64,000 nucleotides of DNA from Ramazzottius varieornatus (GCA_001949185.1 BDGG01000002.1:1147481-1211480), one strand, 5' to 3'. Positions 1 to 12,541 are shown, numbered from the stretch's first letter. Notes: a model not told the origin generated them from the sequence alone. Numbers and translations: made by a program.

Positions 1-1553
1 GGGCGGGGCAACGGTTTCCATTGGCCGAAGGCCATCAGAACCGATTGTGATTGGGCGGCCGACATGCGCAACATGCTAAGACTTCCACTTGCATTGGCCA
101 TGCCGGGTAAATTATAATAACGAAAAAATGACCGTGTATTTTAAAGCCAAAATTTTCATAAATCGGGGAAACTTTTGCATGAGTTTTCGCATGTGAATAA
201 TGGTTTTTCTGAAGTATGTCACCGACGGCCAGTGCCGTCGGTGACATTTCTGTATGGCCAAATAACGGGGTGTTAAAAAGAACATTATTCTCAGTCGGCG
301 CTTCTACAGCTGGCATTACGTTTTATGTTTTGCTTATTTAAGATTTGATATATATGACATTTAAATTAAATCTTAAGGGAGTTGGCTTCGTGATGGCCGA
401 CTTACTGTGTCCTTTCTCTACAGTCATATGCATGTTAATCCGATAGGAATGCCGAACCTGAGAGGGAATCCACACAGATGGACCCCTCTGCCGGTTTCCC
501 GTGTGCGGCACACAAACACCTTGGATTGCATAAATGGATGACACCTCGTTTCTGTACGAACAGGATGATGTACCTGCTTTCAATGGAGCATGATGGATGA
601 ATATTGCTGCCTATTGCGCGATATGGCGGTTCGATCAGTCAACTTCCGTTTGTCTTACACTTTACAGTCCCTGAGGCCGCATCAGCCTCAAGTGTCTCAC
701 CTAATCGTCAATCGGAACTGCATCCTCTCCAGCTTGCTCCAGCGCGTCCTTGTTTTTGCGCTCTCCGGACAAAGTGGATAGGAAAGGCAGTCACGTGCCT
801 CCAATAATCGACGACAGCTTACCGGCTAAAGCGGCGCAAAGTGTGACCCGTACAATTTAATCGGATTGAGCCCGTGCTTGTCTGCACCGACTGGCGTGTG
901 ACGCTAGGGAAGAAAGAGGAGAAAGGATGCCCCATGCTAAGCCGATAACACCTTGACTAACAGATAACCTGCTGCGCATCACTACCGCCCAATAATTGCC
1001 GCACATCGCAACCCCATCACCGATTGCAACCTACTGATGTGTGTATCATCCTAGGGCTTTTGTACCGCGATGATTGCTTTGTCGATATAACAAGTTGTGC
1101 CTTTTGTGATTTTTAACGCTGCTGTGTACACCACCTTGTAGAACATGCTGGAGACGGAGCAGTGGCTTTCACGACGAAAATGTCTGTAAACAGTAGCGAT
1201 CTGACGCGGAAGTGAATAGCTCTGAAGGCAGTCATATTTCTGATGAGCTGGTTGAAATTATGGGATGCATATGGTGAAGACAGTTGGTTGAATGGGTGAA
1301 AGAAGGGATAATGGGCGAAAATGACAGCCAGAAGCTCTTTTCTCGGGTCACTCGTTAACTGATTGCAGAACAAGGCGTAATTATCCTTGATACTGTAATT
1401 AAATCGCGACGATCTACCCCGCCCACGCAGCGCCCCCTTGGGAGGCTCAGTTGGTAAAATTAAGTCGGGCAAATTCGATCAATTTCCGTTGTATCGAGTC
1501 GGGACAGACTCAGTCCATATTTTTTCGACCAGTATAACCAGTCGCCTAAAATC

Positions 1554-1627
1554 GTCGCCTTAAATTCTCACTACAACCATCCTCGATTGAAGGATCAAGG
1601 ATAGTTGTAGTGAGAAAATAAGGCGAC
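1554..1627. repeat. 74-bp imperfect hairpin (MITE remnant or stem-loop)
   Basis: GTCGCCTTAAATTCTCACTACAACCATCCTCGAT pairs with ATCAAGGATAGTTGTAGTGAGAAAATAAGGCGAC around a ~6-nt loop. Confidence 0.75.
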
Positions 1628-2063
1628 CCTGTTACCTATTACCAGAGAAGGGGAATGAGTTTCGCACAGCCATAAAATACAGCGGAGTCTGTATATTGCT
1701 GCCTGTCGAAATTCAAACATATTTGTTAACCAGAAACCAAGTTCTTGCTACTGCATGGATCATTCAACCATGACCGCCGAGACGTTCGTCTTTCTGACTG
1801 ATGTCTGCCGTCAGACGTTAGTACACCATTAGAAAAAAGGCCTAACTTTGTGCTGCCATCTGTCGCACCACCCAGTCAACCCTACAATCTGTTTAAGTCA
1901 AGTTGGCTGGATGGGAATGTTTTACCCAGCGTATGGACTCTTGGTCCACTTTGCCATTAATATAGTTCTGATCAGCCTTCTTACATCTGGCTCGGTTGAT
2001 GTTTCGTTGGAAACACTTGCATGGCGCTCCATCCATTTTCCAGCAGCATGGAACTGTCCAACG

Positions 2064-5000
2064 ATGTCTTCCCTACTGTTCCCCCTTGTTTCTTCATGTC
2101 TTCTCATTCTAACAGCTATCGTACACGATGCACGACCATCTCGTCCCATCGGTCATGCGCTGTCCTGGCTGCCGGTTTTCCAAACACAGGCCAAACGTCA
2201 GACTTCACCCGTCACTCTTGCAGCAATCAATGGAAGTAATCACAATGAAGCACAACTGTCCTGTTCGAAGGTGGCTGGAGCTGCCGATGGCCTCGTACAA
2301 TGTCGTCGCGGCGGCGGAAGTGCCCCGGCTCCACCTCCCGCTTCAGCCTCCTCTGGAGGACCAAATGCATCGTTCACGACGTCGACGGCTGGACACGGGA
2401 CTTCGGATAGTGGAAATCATTCTGTCATCCACGCGCCAGGTGAAAAAATTTTATCAAATGAAATTATGATTTCTGTCCCGCTGAACGACAAGTTCGATAA
2501 ACAAAAGCTCGGCAGACAAGCTCGGCAGACAAACTCGGCGAGATCGTTTTCCCGAGTGACGCAAGTAATCAGCCTGTAACAGTGAAGGGTGCGCCACTTG
2601 GAATTTGGGAAAACAGCAAAGCTCGCCTAGATCGTTTTTTCAAGTGGCGCACTTCCCCATTCTTTAGGACCGAAAGAGTGCGCTGCTTGGAAAAACAATC
2701 TGGTCGAAATTGTTAGGCGAGCTTTCAGATTTTCTAGCTTTTATGGTACATAATGCTTAATTTACGCCCTTCTGCAACTTCAGAAATTCTCTACATTTTT
2801 CTGACGCTTATCATCGGGGCCATCGCCAAGTACGCCCTGAAATTGGTACGGCATTACTTCGTGATGCCGTACACCGTCTTCGTGTTAATCTTGGGGTGCA
2901 TCTATGGGGCGCTGGCCAGTAAGACCGCCACCATCCAAACGTTTGTCCGCATTGCTTCCGCTGATCCCAATATCATACTGTTGACGTTTCTACCCGGACT
3001 GATCTACGAAGCAGCGTTCTCCATGCAGACGCATCTTTTCAAAAAGCTATTCTTCCACATTGTCCTTATCGGAGTGCTTGGCATGGGTATGTTACCAATT
3101 CCTACTCGCTCTATGAAACAACATCGCAGAGAGTCGAGGAAATTGCTTCTGTTCGTTGCACGTTTGTGGTTTGATGGGCCTGAAATTTTCGTGCGCCCCG
3201 TTCTGGAACTATACATGTCATATGTGACTGATATTGTGCTTGCAGCGATCAACGTGGTGGCGATCGCGTATATCAGTGAACAAGTTTTTGGGCCATCCAC
3301 CTTCGGTCAGTACAGCGTAAGTGACTGTGTTTTGTTTAAACAAATTTTAAACGAATTTTAAACGAAATTTCGTTCATATCTTCTTCCTCTTCAAGTCGGA
3401 AACATGGATTTTTTCTTGTCTCTTGTTAGGATGGAATATCCATGTAGGACTAGTGTTCTCGGCCATCGTCAGCGCTACGGATCCTATTGCTGCTGTAGCA
3501 ATGCTCAAGGAAGCCGGTAAGCCGCTTACCCGAACCTCTTACTGAGTTCTGCACCATCAGCAAGTTGCTCTTACTGGCAGGAAGTGACAAGACTTTGACC
3601 ACCGTCCTGGAAGGCACCTCTCTGCTCAGCGATACCTCGGCTGTCGTGCTGTTCAACTTGTTTATGCAGAATGCCAGAATTCACTCTAACTCATCGACGA
3701 TGACAGCCGCCGATCTGAGTGTCAGCAAGGAAGTTACCGGCTTTTTCTTGAATGTCTTCGGCGGACCTGCTTGGGGTACTATCAGTACAATAACATTTGA
3801 CTCTTCCAGTTATTTGAAGATACGTTGGTGGGCAGAGAAACTCAACGAGACTATTTCCCGAAGTGACGCACTGTCTCGGTGTTATTGGCTGAAACTGTGC
3901 GCCACTTGAAGACACCGATCTTGTCGAGTCTGATTGCTTTTGCCAGTGGCGCACACGCTCAGTTTTATCGGCTGAAGTCCTGCGCCCCTGGGGACGATCT
4001 GACCCAGTCTGTTTACCAGCCTTATATATTGTTTACGTGTTTTCCAGGTTTAGGAGTGGGTTTCCTCTTGACGCAGTTATTATCTCGTATGAGTAGTGTG
4101 TGGGAAGCCGAACTGATCCTGATCCTCAGCGTGCCCTACTTGGTCTTCTGGGCAGCCGACGCCGCCTTTGGTATCAGTGGCGCCTTAGCCAACCTCGTCC
4201 TCGGGCTTTGGATGAGCTCACATCGGACAACAATCAGTCCGGACGTGGAAGAGCTGGTCGATCGCATCTGGGAAATCATCTGCTTGATTTCCAACACACT
4301 CATCTTCAGTCTCGTGGGCGTCATCATTGTGGAAACCGCTATGCTTAACGTCAGCTCGGAAGACTGGATCTTACTGGTCATCATCAACATATTCCTCTTA
4401 CTTGTCCGGTACAATTAACTCCACTATTACGATCATCCTTGAGTAACACTAAGAATACTTTTAGTGCGTTGAGTTTTATCGTGTTGAAGCCACTTCTCGT
4501 TCGAATTGGTATCGGACCAAAAGTCTTCACATGGTCCCATATCTTTGTTCTGTCCTGGGGTGGGTTCAAGGGGGCGGTGACGCTGGCGCTTGGTATAATG
4601 GGATCGAAAGACGAGATATTCGCTGGCGAAGAAGAGGAACGAGTTCGCGCAAAGCTACTCTTCCATTCGGCTGGAGTAGTCGCCTTCACATTGTTGTTCA
4701 ATGCGTCGACAATGCGATTCTTCCTGAAACGACTAGGTACAGTGGCGCTACCTGAAAAGCTTTTCTTGTGCCAGCAGTACTGTGTACACGCTCGACGAGA
4801 AATTATGGGGCCAGTAAAAATTATGGTGCCAGTAAAAATTATGGGGCCAGTAAAAATTATAGTGCCAGTAAAAATTATGGTGCCAGTAAAAATTATGGGG
4901 CCAAGCGGAAAAGACGGCAAAATGGAAATTCAAACGTAGAAAAGTGTCGAAAAATGTATTAGTGTGGATCGGTCTCGTACGCACGTGCTTCCGTACCGCC

Positions 5001-8000
5001 GTACCGGAAAGGCCTGGTCCCATAATTTTTACTGGCCCCATAATTTCCCGTCGTGCGTGTACTGTGTACTGTCTACCCTTCCAGGTTTCGCGCAGTCACA
5101 TGACAGGGCCTATAACCATAATCCCTAGGTGATCATGGTTTAGTCAGCAGGTCCCGGGGATTATCTCATGGGCCTGTCATGTGACTGCGCGGAACCTTGG
5201 AGGGAATACGTGGTTGGAGTTGTATTGATTGAATATTTGGAAATAGGTAAATTACGTTTGCTGTACCTTTTCCAGGTATTTTGGATATGCCGTTGTCCAA
5301 AATGATTACAATGCACATGGCCGTGAAGCAGATCATGCTTACCCGCAACCAGAAACTCGACGCCCTAAAGACCGACCGCTATCTGGCCGACGCTGATTGG
5401 CAGCGTGTGGACGATCTGACCAAAGTCGAAGCTTCGCGCTACGGTGTCGAAGACGAAAGCCAGACCTCCCTCTGGACCATCCACTATGTGACGCGCGAAG
5501 TCAGCTGTCCATCCTGTCATGCCGAAGTGCAGCTCGAGCCTCTGGCTACCGAGCTGGCCGAGATGGAGAGCATTGCTCGGCTCCGTCTGGTCAACGCCAA
5601 GAAGACTTCCTACTGGCGTCAGTACGAGGAAGGCACCTTGAGTCAGAACGGCATCAAGTACTTGGACGACCTCTCCGACACGGTGCTGAACAGCGACCAC
5701 GGGGTCATTGACGCAGAGGACGTCAAGAATGCTCTGCATAGCGAGACCTACACCTTCTTCAAGAAGAAGATTGGCGACTTGCAACACTGGATGGAGAACC
5801 ATAGCCTGACCGCGAGGTTCATGCCATCTGGTTCCCATTGGCGACAGAGGGCATTCAGGATCGCAGTATCACCAGTGTTTCTGTACGTTACCTACACGCT
5901 GATCGTTTGCAACATGGTGGAAACGATCATGGATTGGTGTTTGTTGAGCGACTGGAACGATGTTAATGGATCGGTGACGCACAAATATTTCCTCTTTTCT
6001 AACATGGGCTATTCGGCTTTCTACACTTTCGAGGCCGCTGTCAAAGTAAGTCTGCTTTCGTAAATTAGTTTTCATCAAATGTGAGCTCAACCAAATATTT
6101 TCTGAAGTGGCGCACGTTGCCAGTACGATTGAATGAGAACGTGCGCCACTAAAGAAACGATCCTGTTGAATTTGCCTGTTTTCCCCGCACTTTCTCAGTG
6201 TCATCGGCTGAAAGTGTGCGTCGCTTGGGAGGAAAACGATCTGGTTTAGTTCGCGCTTGCCGGGCTTCCAATTGCTGAAGTAATAGCTGACCAGATGTTT
6301 TACCCTGCAGATCGTTGGGTTCGGATGGCTTGTATACTGGGGCAGGACCTGGTGGAGCTGGAATCGCTTCGATCTGCTCCTGTTGATATTAACTTATATC
6401 GACCTGGTACTTGACTGTTTAGCGGAGTTCGGAGATGAATCGATGGCATCGTACCACGAAGGCGTGGTCTCCACCAGCATCATCAAAATATTCAGATTCT
6501 TCCGGCTAGTTCGGTTTGGTCGAGCACTTCGCTTGCTGAAGGTACGAACTCAAGTTTGTGTTAGTACGTAAAGAGAAACATTGTGCTCTGATGATACTTC
6601 CTTCTGCAGCCAGTCGTACCGAGAGTTCTGCATTTCCTCGACGGACGCGTCAATGCCCATCTCTTCGTCGCTTACGATATCGCAAAGGCGTTCATTGTGG
6701 CTCAGGAAGAATGCGCCATGATGGTATCGTCCGTCGTTGGGTATAAACCCTTGGCGGCAAAGTTCAAGACCCAGGCTGATGGAGACTGCAGAGTCGTGCT
6801 GAAAGAGATCGGTTTGCTTAATGAGAAGCGGCCAGATGTCGCTGCAGCAGTCAAAACACGACAAGCCATTCGCTCCATTCTAAATCACCTGCACAAGTCC
6901 GTCGAGCATATGAGCAGTCAAGGTATCCTGGACGAAGACGAAGTTGACCATCTACAGGCGGTAATTACAGTTTCATCTATTCACCAAGTGGCGCATGCGT
7001 CCAGTTTACAGCGCTGGAATGGTGCGCCACTTGGGAAAACAACCACAGTCAACAAGATTCTTTTTTTCAAGCGGCGCACGCTTCCAGACATATTGTTCGC
7101 CACTTGAACCAAGAATCTTGTCTGATCTGTTTGCCAAGCTCTCGAATGGTTTATCCAATAACTGTGGTATTGAAACATCTTGTCTGGAATTTTCTTTATA
7201 GACTATAGAAGACCGGTTGAAACGGCTGCACCACTTTCCACACAGCATCGCCATCGTTCGTTCTTTCGAGCGCCTGTGGAACGTTCCGTGGATAAACGGT
7301 AACCAGGAAGTATTCGAAGTGATGAAGTTGCTGTTTGAAGAGCGCCAGTACGAGTCAGCGTCACAGTTCATGACTGCAAACCACGAAGCCGATGGCATTT
7401 ATGTGCTGATCAGCGGAGTCGTTTCGCTGTCATACCCACGCGTCTACACCGACAACCCGGAACTGGGCGAAATTTACAACTCTGACAACCTGCGAACGGT
7501 CACAGAGGACCATAGCAGTGAGAACCATCCAGACACTGAAGGTCCGAGATTGGATTACGTACTGGCGGGTGGGCTATTGAACGAACAAAGCTTGGCGCTG
7601 GACTTTCCTCGGCGCTCCCACGCAGTTAGCGACACTATCGTTGGGGTAAGTTTGACCTTCCGGAAAAAGCATACATGTTCTCTCGGTACGTGTTCATTTT
7701 TGCTGCAGCTTCTGTACTTGAATGCGGAGTCGTTCTTCCGAGCAATGGCAGTCTTGCCTTCGTTGGAAGCTCGATTTTGGCGAAGAGTAGCGTCCAGTGT
7801 TGCGCTGAATATCTTGATCAAATTGGGAGCCTTGACGGTAAGTCGAAACTGGCCTCGTATAATTTTTTCTCCACGGTTGCGGAATATGCATGGTTTTTTT
7901 TATGACCAGGACTCAACATTCGAGACAGATAAGCTAAGGTTATCGAGAGCCGCAGTGCGGTTGGTGCGACCTGGTGTCAAGATTATTGGGTTGGACGAGT

Positions 8001-8724
8001 TCGACGAGGTGTTCCTTATTGCTGGTACACTCATCGATTTGACCACTAGCCAACATGAAGCCATCATTGGTCCCAGGAAGGTACCGGCAACATACCGCGA
8101 AGTGGAAGTTCGCCAAGGTCGACGTGTTGTCACGACCAAGGTACAGCCGCTGTCTGGACACTACCTTGTGACACTTCTAGATTAGTATGGGGGTTTCTTC
8201 AGACGGGGCAAGTTATCTACCCCGAATACGCCATTTTGTTCCTGGTTCCACCCGGTAACAAGGATCTCTCAATGATCAACATCCACGACAGTCAGCACAA
8301 TTTAACTGAACGATCGCCTCACCAGCCCGAAACTGTGAAGAAGTTCCTCAAAGCTCAGATCGCTAATCGAACCGGCTCGATGCCGTCTGATACGCAACTA
8401 CCGGTCTTTTTGCAAGAAGATAGAGCGGCATCAGTCGCTTTGCCTCGGCAACCAACCGTTCTTGTGCCCAATGAGCAAGGCGCCACTGCCCGTGAAAAAC
8501 GCGGAAGTAATGCCGGCGACATGCTGCAGCATGCCCGGATCCGGAGGAATTCGTCCGTCTTGCACATTGTCCTGGCTTATCATCGAACTGGGGAGAGTGT
8601 ACCGCCCGCATCGCCTTCTGAAGCCAATATGCCGGCTCAGCCAGAAAGCACAAGAAGAAAGTCGAGTATCAAGTCGCCTAAAGAAACACTGTCTAAAGTT
8701 GGCAATTGGCTCGCTCAGAAGTAG
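2064..8724 (+). CDS. SLC9C1: Multi-exon SLC9C1/sNHE-type voltage- and cyclic-nucleotide-gated Na+/H+ exchanger
   Basis: Signal-like N-terminus MSSLLFPLVSSCLLILTAIV. NHE motifs MPYTV, FLPGLIYEAAF, SATDP, LEGTSLLSD, LSWGGFKGAVTLAL. SLC9C-type cytosolic YWRQYEEGTL and AAAVKTRQAIRSILNH. S4 helix KIFRFFRLVRFGRALRLLK (6485-6541). CNBD-like ADGIYVLISGVV...NEQSLALDFPRR. GT-AG introns keep phase wherever checked. AATAAA at ~8976. Confidence 0.92.
2523..2715. repeat. Intronic palindromic family (REP-like/MITE), 2 tandem hairpin units
   Basis: GGCAGACAAACTCGGCGAGATCGTTTTCCCGAGTGACGCA-loop-GTGCGCCACTTGG, followed by AGATCGTTTTTTCAAGTGGCGCAC-25nt-GTGCGCTGCTTGGAAAAACAATCT; lies in SLC9C1 intron 1. Confidence 0.85.
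3831..4017. repeat. Intronic palindromic family, 2 units
   Basis: AAGTGACGCAC-25nt-GTGCGCCACTT, then AGTGGCGCAC-loop-TGCGCCCCTGGGGACGATCT; in an SLC9C1 intron. Confidence 0.8.
4787..5059. mobile_element. 273-bp MITE with 18-bp internal minisatellite and 9-bp flanking direct repeat
   Basis: TIR CACGCTCGACGAGAAATTATGGGGCCAGTAAAAATTATGG / CCATAATTTTTACTGGCCCCATAATTTCCCGTCGTGCGTG; ~5.7 copies of AAATTATGGKGCCAGTAA at 4800-4903; TACTGTGTA on both sides (4778-4786, 5060-5068). Confidence 0.9.
5076..5204. mobile_element. ~130-bp MITE adjacent to the previous one
   Basis: CCCTTCCAGGTTTCGCGCAGTCACATGACAGGGCC is inverted with GGCCTGTCATGTGACTGCGCGGAACCTTGGAGGG. Confidence 0.8.
6083..6260. repeat. Intronic palindromic family, 2 units
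   Basis: AAGTGGCGCAC-25nt-GTGCGCCACTAAAGAAACGATC, and CGCAC-25nt-GTGCGTCGCTTGGGAGGAAAACGATCT; in an SLC9C1 intron. Confidence 0.82.
6975..7140. repeat. Intronic palindromic family, 2 units (second with shortened loop)
   Basis: CCAAGTGGCGCAT-25nt-GTGCGCCACTTGGGAAAAC, then AAGATTCTTTTTTTCAAGCGGCGCAC...CGCCACTTGAACCAAGAATCTT. Confidence 0.82.
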
Positions 8725-9218
8725 CTGTTGTCTGTATAGGTGACTTATCTGCTTTCGTTGTTGCCTTTGTTTATCTTGTTTTGCCTGACAACTGCTTTGT
8801 TTCCTCGGACCGGTCTGAAACGGTGGATAAGTATCCGAGTTTTTGTATTGAACGCCGAAAACCGTGTCGGCCATGACCATGCATTACACCATGGCGGAAC
8901 AGCGGCTCAAATTTGTAACGGCAGGTCTACTGGGCAGCCTATCGTCAAGCCGCGCTTTAGTTCCATGTGAAGATCAATAAACAGTTTTCCCATACGTAAA
9001 AGCAGTGTTTTCACATGCTAGCATGGGATCGAATCAAACATTGTAGAGCATTGTAGAGCACGATGGCCGACTTTTTCGCGCGTGTTACGGTCATCGCTTC
9101 GACAAACGTGTACTGTATAATTATATGCAACTATATAAATGCCTGTGGACTGATACGAGGCTCCGAAGGAACTGCACCAGTTTGCACAATACGTTTATTA
9201 TTGTATCGGTGTTACGTT

Positions 9219-10540
9219 ATGGTTCGCCCAAGAGGATCTGGAATTACCATTCGCACTTCGGCACGCGCGAGACGCGGAATACCCCAACCAGCTCGCGGAA
9301 AGGTACCGCCTGTACGTAGGCGCGGTCGTCCTTCAAAAGTACCCGACGTCCAGGAAGATGCCGTTTCCGACGCCTCTTCAAACTATTACGAAAATGTCTC
9401 TGACGAAGATCAAGATGTTGTCATTGCCATCCCTGATGTTCCCCGAGTCACAAGAAGCGTGCTCGACCTGACGACCGCTCTGCCACCATGAACGAGTTGT
9501 TGGATTGGCAACTGGCATTCCAAAAAGAAAGCGGACGAGCTACAGAGAGCTCAAGAACTCAACGCTGTAAGAATTCGAGTATTCGTTTCCATCACTGAGT
9601 CCCAACCTTCGGCTTCACAAGCTGCAACCCAGCGTCATTCTCTTTCCAATGTCTACGGCGGCGTCAAAGGCGAGTGCACTTTACAACCAGTCACTTCCCC
9701 TCTCGTGGTCTTCCCGGCTACTAATCCCACAAGCGTGATTATGAACGCTGTGGAATTACCTCCCTTGACTGCAGATCCTGCCAGCCGTTGCAAAGACCTG
9801 GAAGAACACGTCCACTTGGGTGACCTACTACCTTACAATCGTGATCTTGATCAGGCAGTCCATTAACGCCGATCCTCCTCTGATAATCCCCGAGAGGAAA
9901 TCAAGGATATGGTTGATTTGATCCGAGCTTTCATCGTGTTCGCGGCGTATCGTCAGTCGGAGAACCCACAGTTCTGTCTTCCCTGTTTAAATTACATGGA
10001 CCTGATCACCAGAATAGCTGAACGTGATGGACCTTGGCTAGTCTACGACGAGAACTTCCGTCGCTACGCCATCTCCAAACCGCTCGATACTACTGTCTGG
10101 TCCAGAGTACACGAGAGATCGTACCAAAATGCTAAGCCCCGACTGCCCGTGTCCGCCCGTCTGGGCATCCCTTCGACCAGTAAGCCCATTCCTCGAGGTT
10201 CGTGCTTCTCTTGTGGTGAGCCGAACTGAACAAGAGACCATCGTTGCAAACGATCTTTTAACCAACCCTTTCGGACCGGAGCGGCCGCCACGGCCGCGCA
10301 TGGTGAAGTCTGTTACAACTGGAACAGGGGATTTTGTCTCAAAGGAGATAATTGTCCCCGTCGTCACGTCTGCTCCGAATGTTATGCCAATGATCTCCGC
10401 GCCACCATCCATAATCTCAAGAATCATCCCAAAGTACAGTATAAAGTCCCAACTGACGAGCCGAACTGTGAACCTGTCAATGGAGATAAAAACTCCCCTA
10501 AAACCTGGTATTTTCGGTCATTATCTTTCTCTTCATCCTG
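9219..10540 (+). pseudogene. Retroelement gag/ORF1, interrupted by stops and frameshifts
   Basis: WLVYDENFRR motif; zinc knuckle CFSCGEPN*TRDHRC (TGA at 10227); CYNWNRGFCLKGDNCPRRHVCSEC finger in the same frame, typical of Ngaro ORF1. Confidence 0.8.
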
Positions 10541-12093
10541 ATCCCTTGTTCGCAAACAGTGTTATGGATATTCTTTTCCATGGCGCCGATATTGTTTATT
10601 GGGGTCCGCGCACTGCTCGGGTTACGCCCAATTCTCTTTCTGCAAAAATTCACAAAAAAATCCTTCGAACCTCTGTCGACAGTGAAGTTGAGTCTCTGCA
10701 TACCTGCGGTCCTTTTGATCTTCCTCCTTTCGACAATTTTATCTGTTCCCCTTTATTTGCCGTTCCCAAGAAAAATTCAGAAAAATTTCGCGTTATGCTC
10801 AACCTCTCTGCCCCTGTTGGTTCCTCCATTAACGACTTTATTGACAAGGATTGTTACTCAATGCATTATTCGCGCATTGACGATGCCGTCTGCTATACCT
10901 TTACCTTGGGCAAAGGTGCTCTGATGGCCAAGCTGGACATCAAAAGCGCTTTTCGGCTCATCCCGGTTCGACCTATCGACCGGCCTCTGCTTGGCTACAA
11001 AGTTGATGAGAAATTCTACTTTGATACTGTTTTGCCTTTTGGCTTGCGTTCTTCGCCTTTCCTGTTCTGTCTTATTTCGGAAGCAGTCTTGTGGATACTA
11101 AAATATTTTAATAATCACAAGTACGCCCTATGCTATATGGGTGATTTTCTACTGTGCGGCTTTCCTTACTCAAATCAGTGCCAAGTTTCAATCGATTCTC
11201 TCATTTCTCTCTGTGCTGAGTTGGGCGTGCCCTTGGCCATGGAAAAGACAGAGGGTTCCGCCACTGTTATGACTTTTCTCGGAATTCAGCTTGATTCTGT
11301 TAGCCGAACTTTATCTCACCCATCTGACACATTATCCAATTTATCTCAGTTACTTTTATCGTGGAAAGACAAGACATCATGTTCTCGTCAGGAACTTCAA
11401 AGCCTCACCGGGCATCTCATGTTTGCGTCCAAATGTATCCCCTCTGGCAGGCTGTTTACTCGGCGGCTAATCATCCTGCTCTCATCATTTAGTCCATCTG
11501 TCGATCATATTAGTCTTGACCGAGATGACCATCTCGATGTTTAATGGTGGATTAAATTTCTCCCCTTGTGGAACGGCACTTTCTCCTTTATTCGTCCTTT
11601 ATGGTTACATTCTTCCACCATCAATCCCTTTACTATCGCCAGCGCAACCTTTGGCTGCGGCGGGTACTTTGATGGTGAATGGTCTAGTCTTCGTTGGCCC
11701 AGCTGAGTCCTCTCTGCTTCCTTCAGTACTGGGTTTCTTGAATTAATACCGATCGTGTTTGCCTGTTCTTTATGGAGCTCATCTTTCACCAAGCGACAAA
11801 TATCCTTCCAGTGTGACAATCTGGGCGCAGTCCAAGCCTTCAAAAAATTAGGTTCATCAAGCTGCGCCGTCCTCCATTTACTTCGTGAGATCGTTTCCAT
11901 CTCGGCCACCCACAATTTTGTTATTCGCCTTGTTCGTCTTTCTGGTGTAGACAATGGCGTCGCTGACCTGCTCTCCTTCCCGATCTCTTTATCCCACTTC
12001 ATTCTGCCTGCCTGCGTGAAAAATGAAGCTCGAAGTCACTGCCAACAAGCTCTTGAAAGGCCGTATTTCTCCTTCCACGAGGCGAACCTATGA
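10480..12093 (+). pseudogene. Reverse transcriptase + RNase H of a YR retrotransposon (disrupted)
   Basis: SPLFAVPKK, KFRVMLNLS, AKLDIKSAFRLIPV, LPFGLRSSPFLF, YMGDF (YxDD mutated), TFLGIQLD; frameshift at ~11540; RNase H FQCDNLGAV and GVDNGVADLLS. Confidence 0.9.
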
Positions 12094-12160
12094 TTAAGGC
12101 CTCGGCAAATTTCGAAAGTTCTGTTTTGATCATCATATTCGCGTTGTCGATGTCAAATCT

Positions 12161-12541
12161 GTGTTGCTGTTTATCGCTTCATTGTTCCATCAAAAACAAC
12201 GCATCGTTCTCCTACCGACAAACCGTTCGATTTGCCCTTTCCGGGCCTACATGTCTTTCCTTCCCTTCCGCCAAAAGCTCGACTGTCAAAGCTTGCCATT
12301 CTTCATGTTCCCGGACAAGACATTACTGTCCTACACCATCTTCAACTCAGCTATCAAAAGCTTCCTTCAGGACCTCATTCCTGATTCCCACTTGTACAGT
12401 ATTCACAGCTTCCGCATCGGTGCTGCCACCTCTGCTTCCGCCTATGGTACTTCGGACGCCATCATCCAGAAGACAGGGCGATGGAAGAGCCAAGTCCACA
12501 AGGGATACATACGCCCTTCTTCTCCTGCTCGTCAAGTCTAG
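12161..12541 (+). pseudogene. C-terminal half of a tyrosine recombinase
   Basis: ICPFRA, HSFRIGAATSA (HxxR), GRWKSQVHKGYIR (catalytic Tyr); the N-terminal half is absent. Confidence 0.88.

Noticed and set aside
1-1500. Short ORFs and a possible terminal repeat of the retroelement
   Set aside because: No motif, no consistent exon chain, and no visible match to the 9.1 or 12.6 kb ends
2523-2715. Repeat-spacer-repeat pattern as a CRISPR array
   Set aside because: Arms are inverted rather than direct, loops are variants of one consensus, there are no cas genes, and the context is eukaryotic introns
4768-5041. Repetitive ORFs (NYGASK)n, (HNFYW)n, (GTIIFT)n
   Set aside because: Translations of the 18-bp minisatellite inside an intronic MITE
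10227-10229. Programmed TGA read-through in gag
   Set aside because: The element has several other stops, frameshifts and a dead RT motif; TGG>TGA decay is simpler
12161-12541. Bacterial/phage integrase (HGT or contamination)
   Set aside because: It lies in canonical order behind gag-RT-RNase H of a eukaryotic YR retrotransposon
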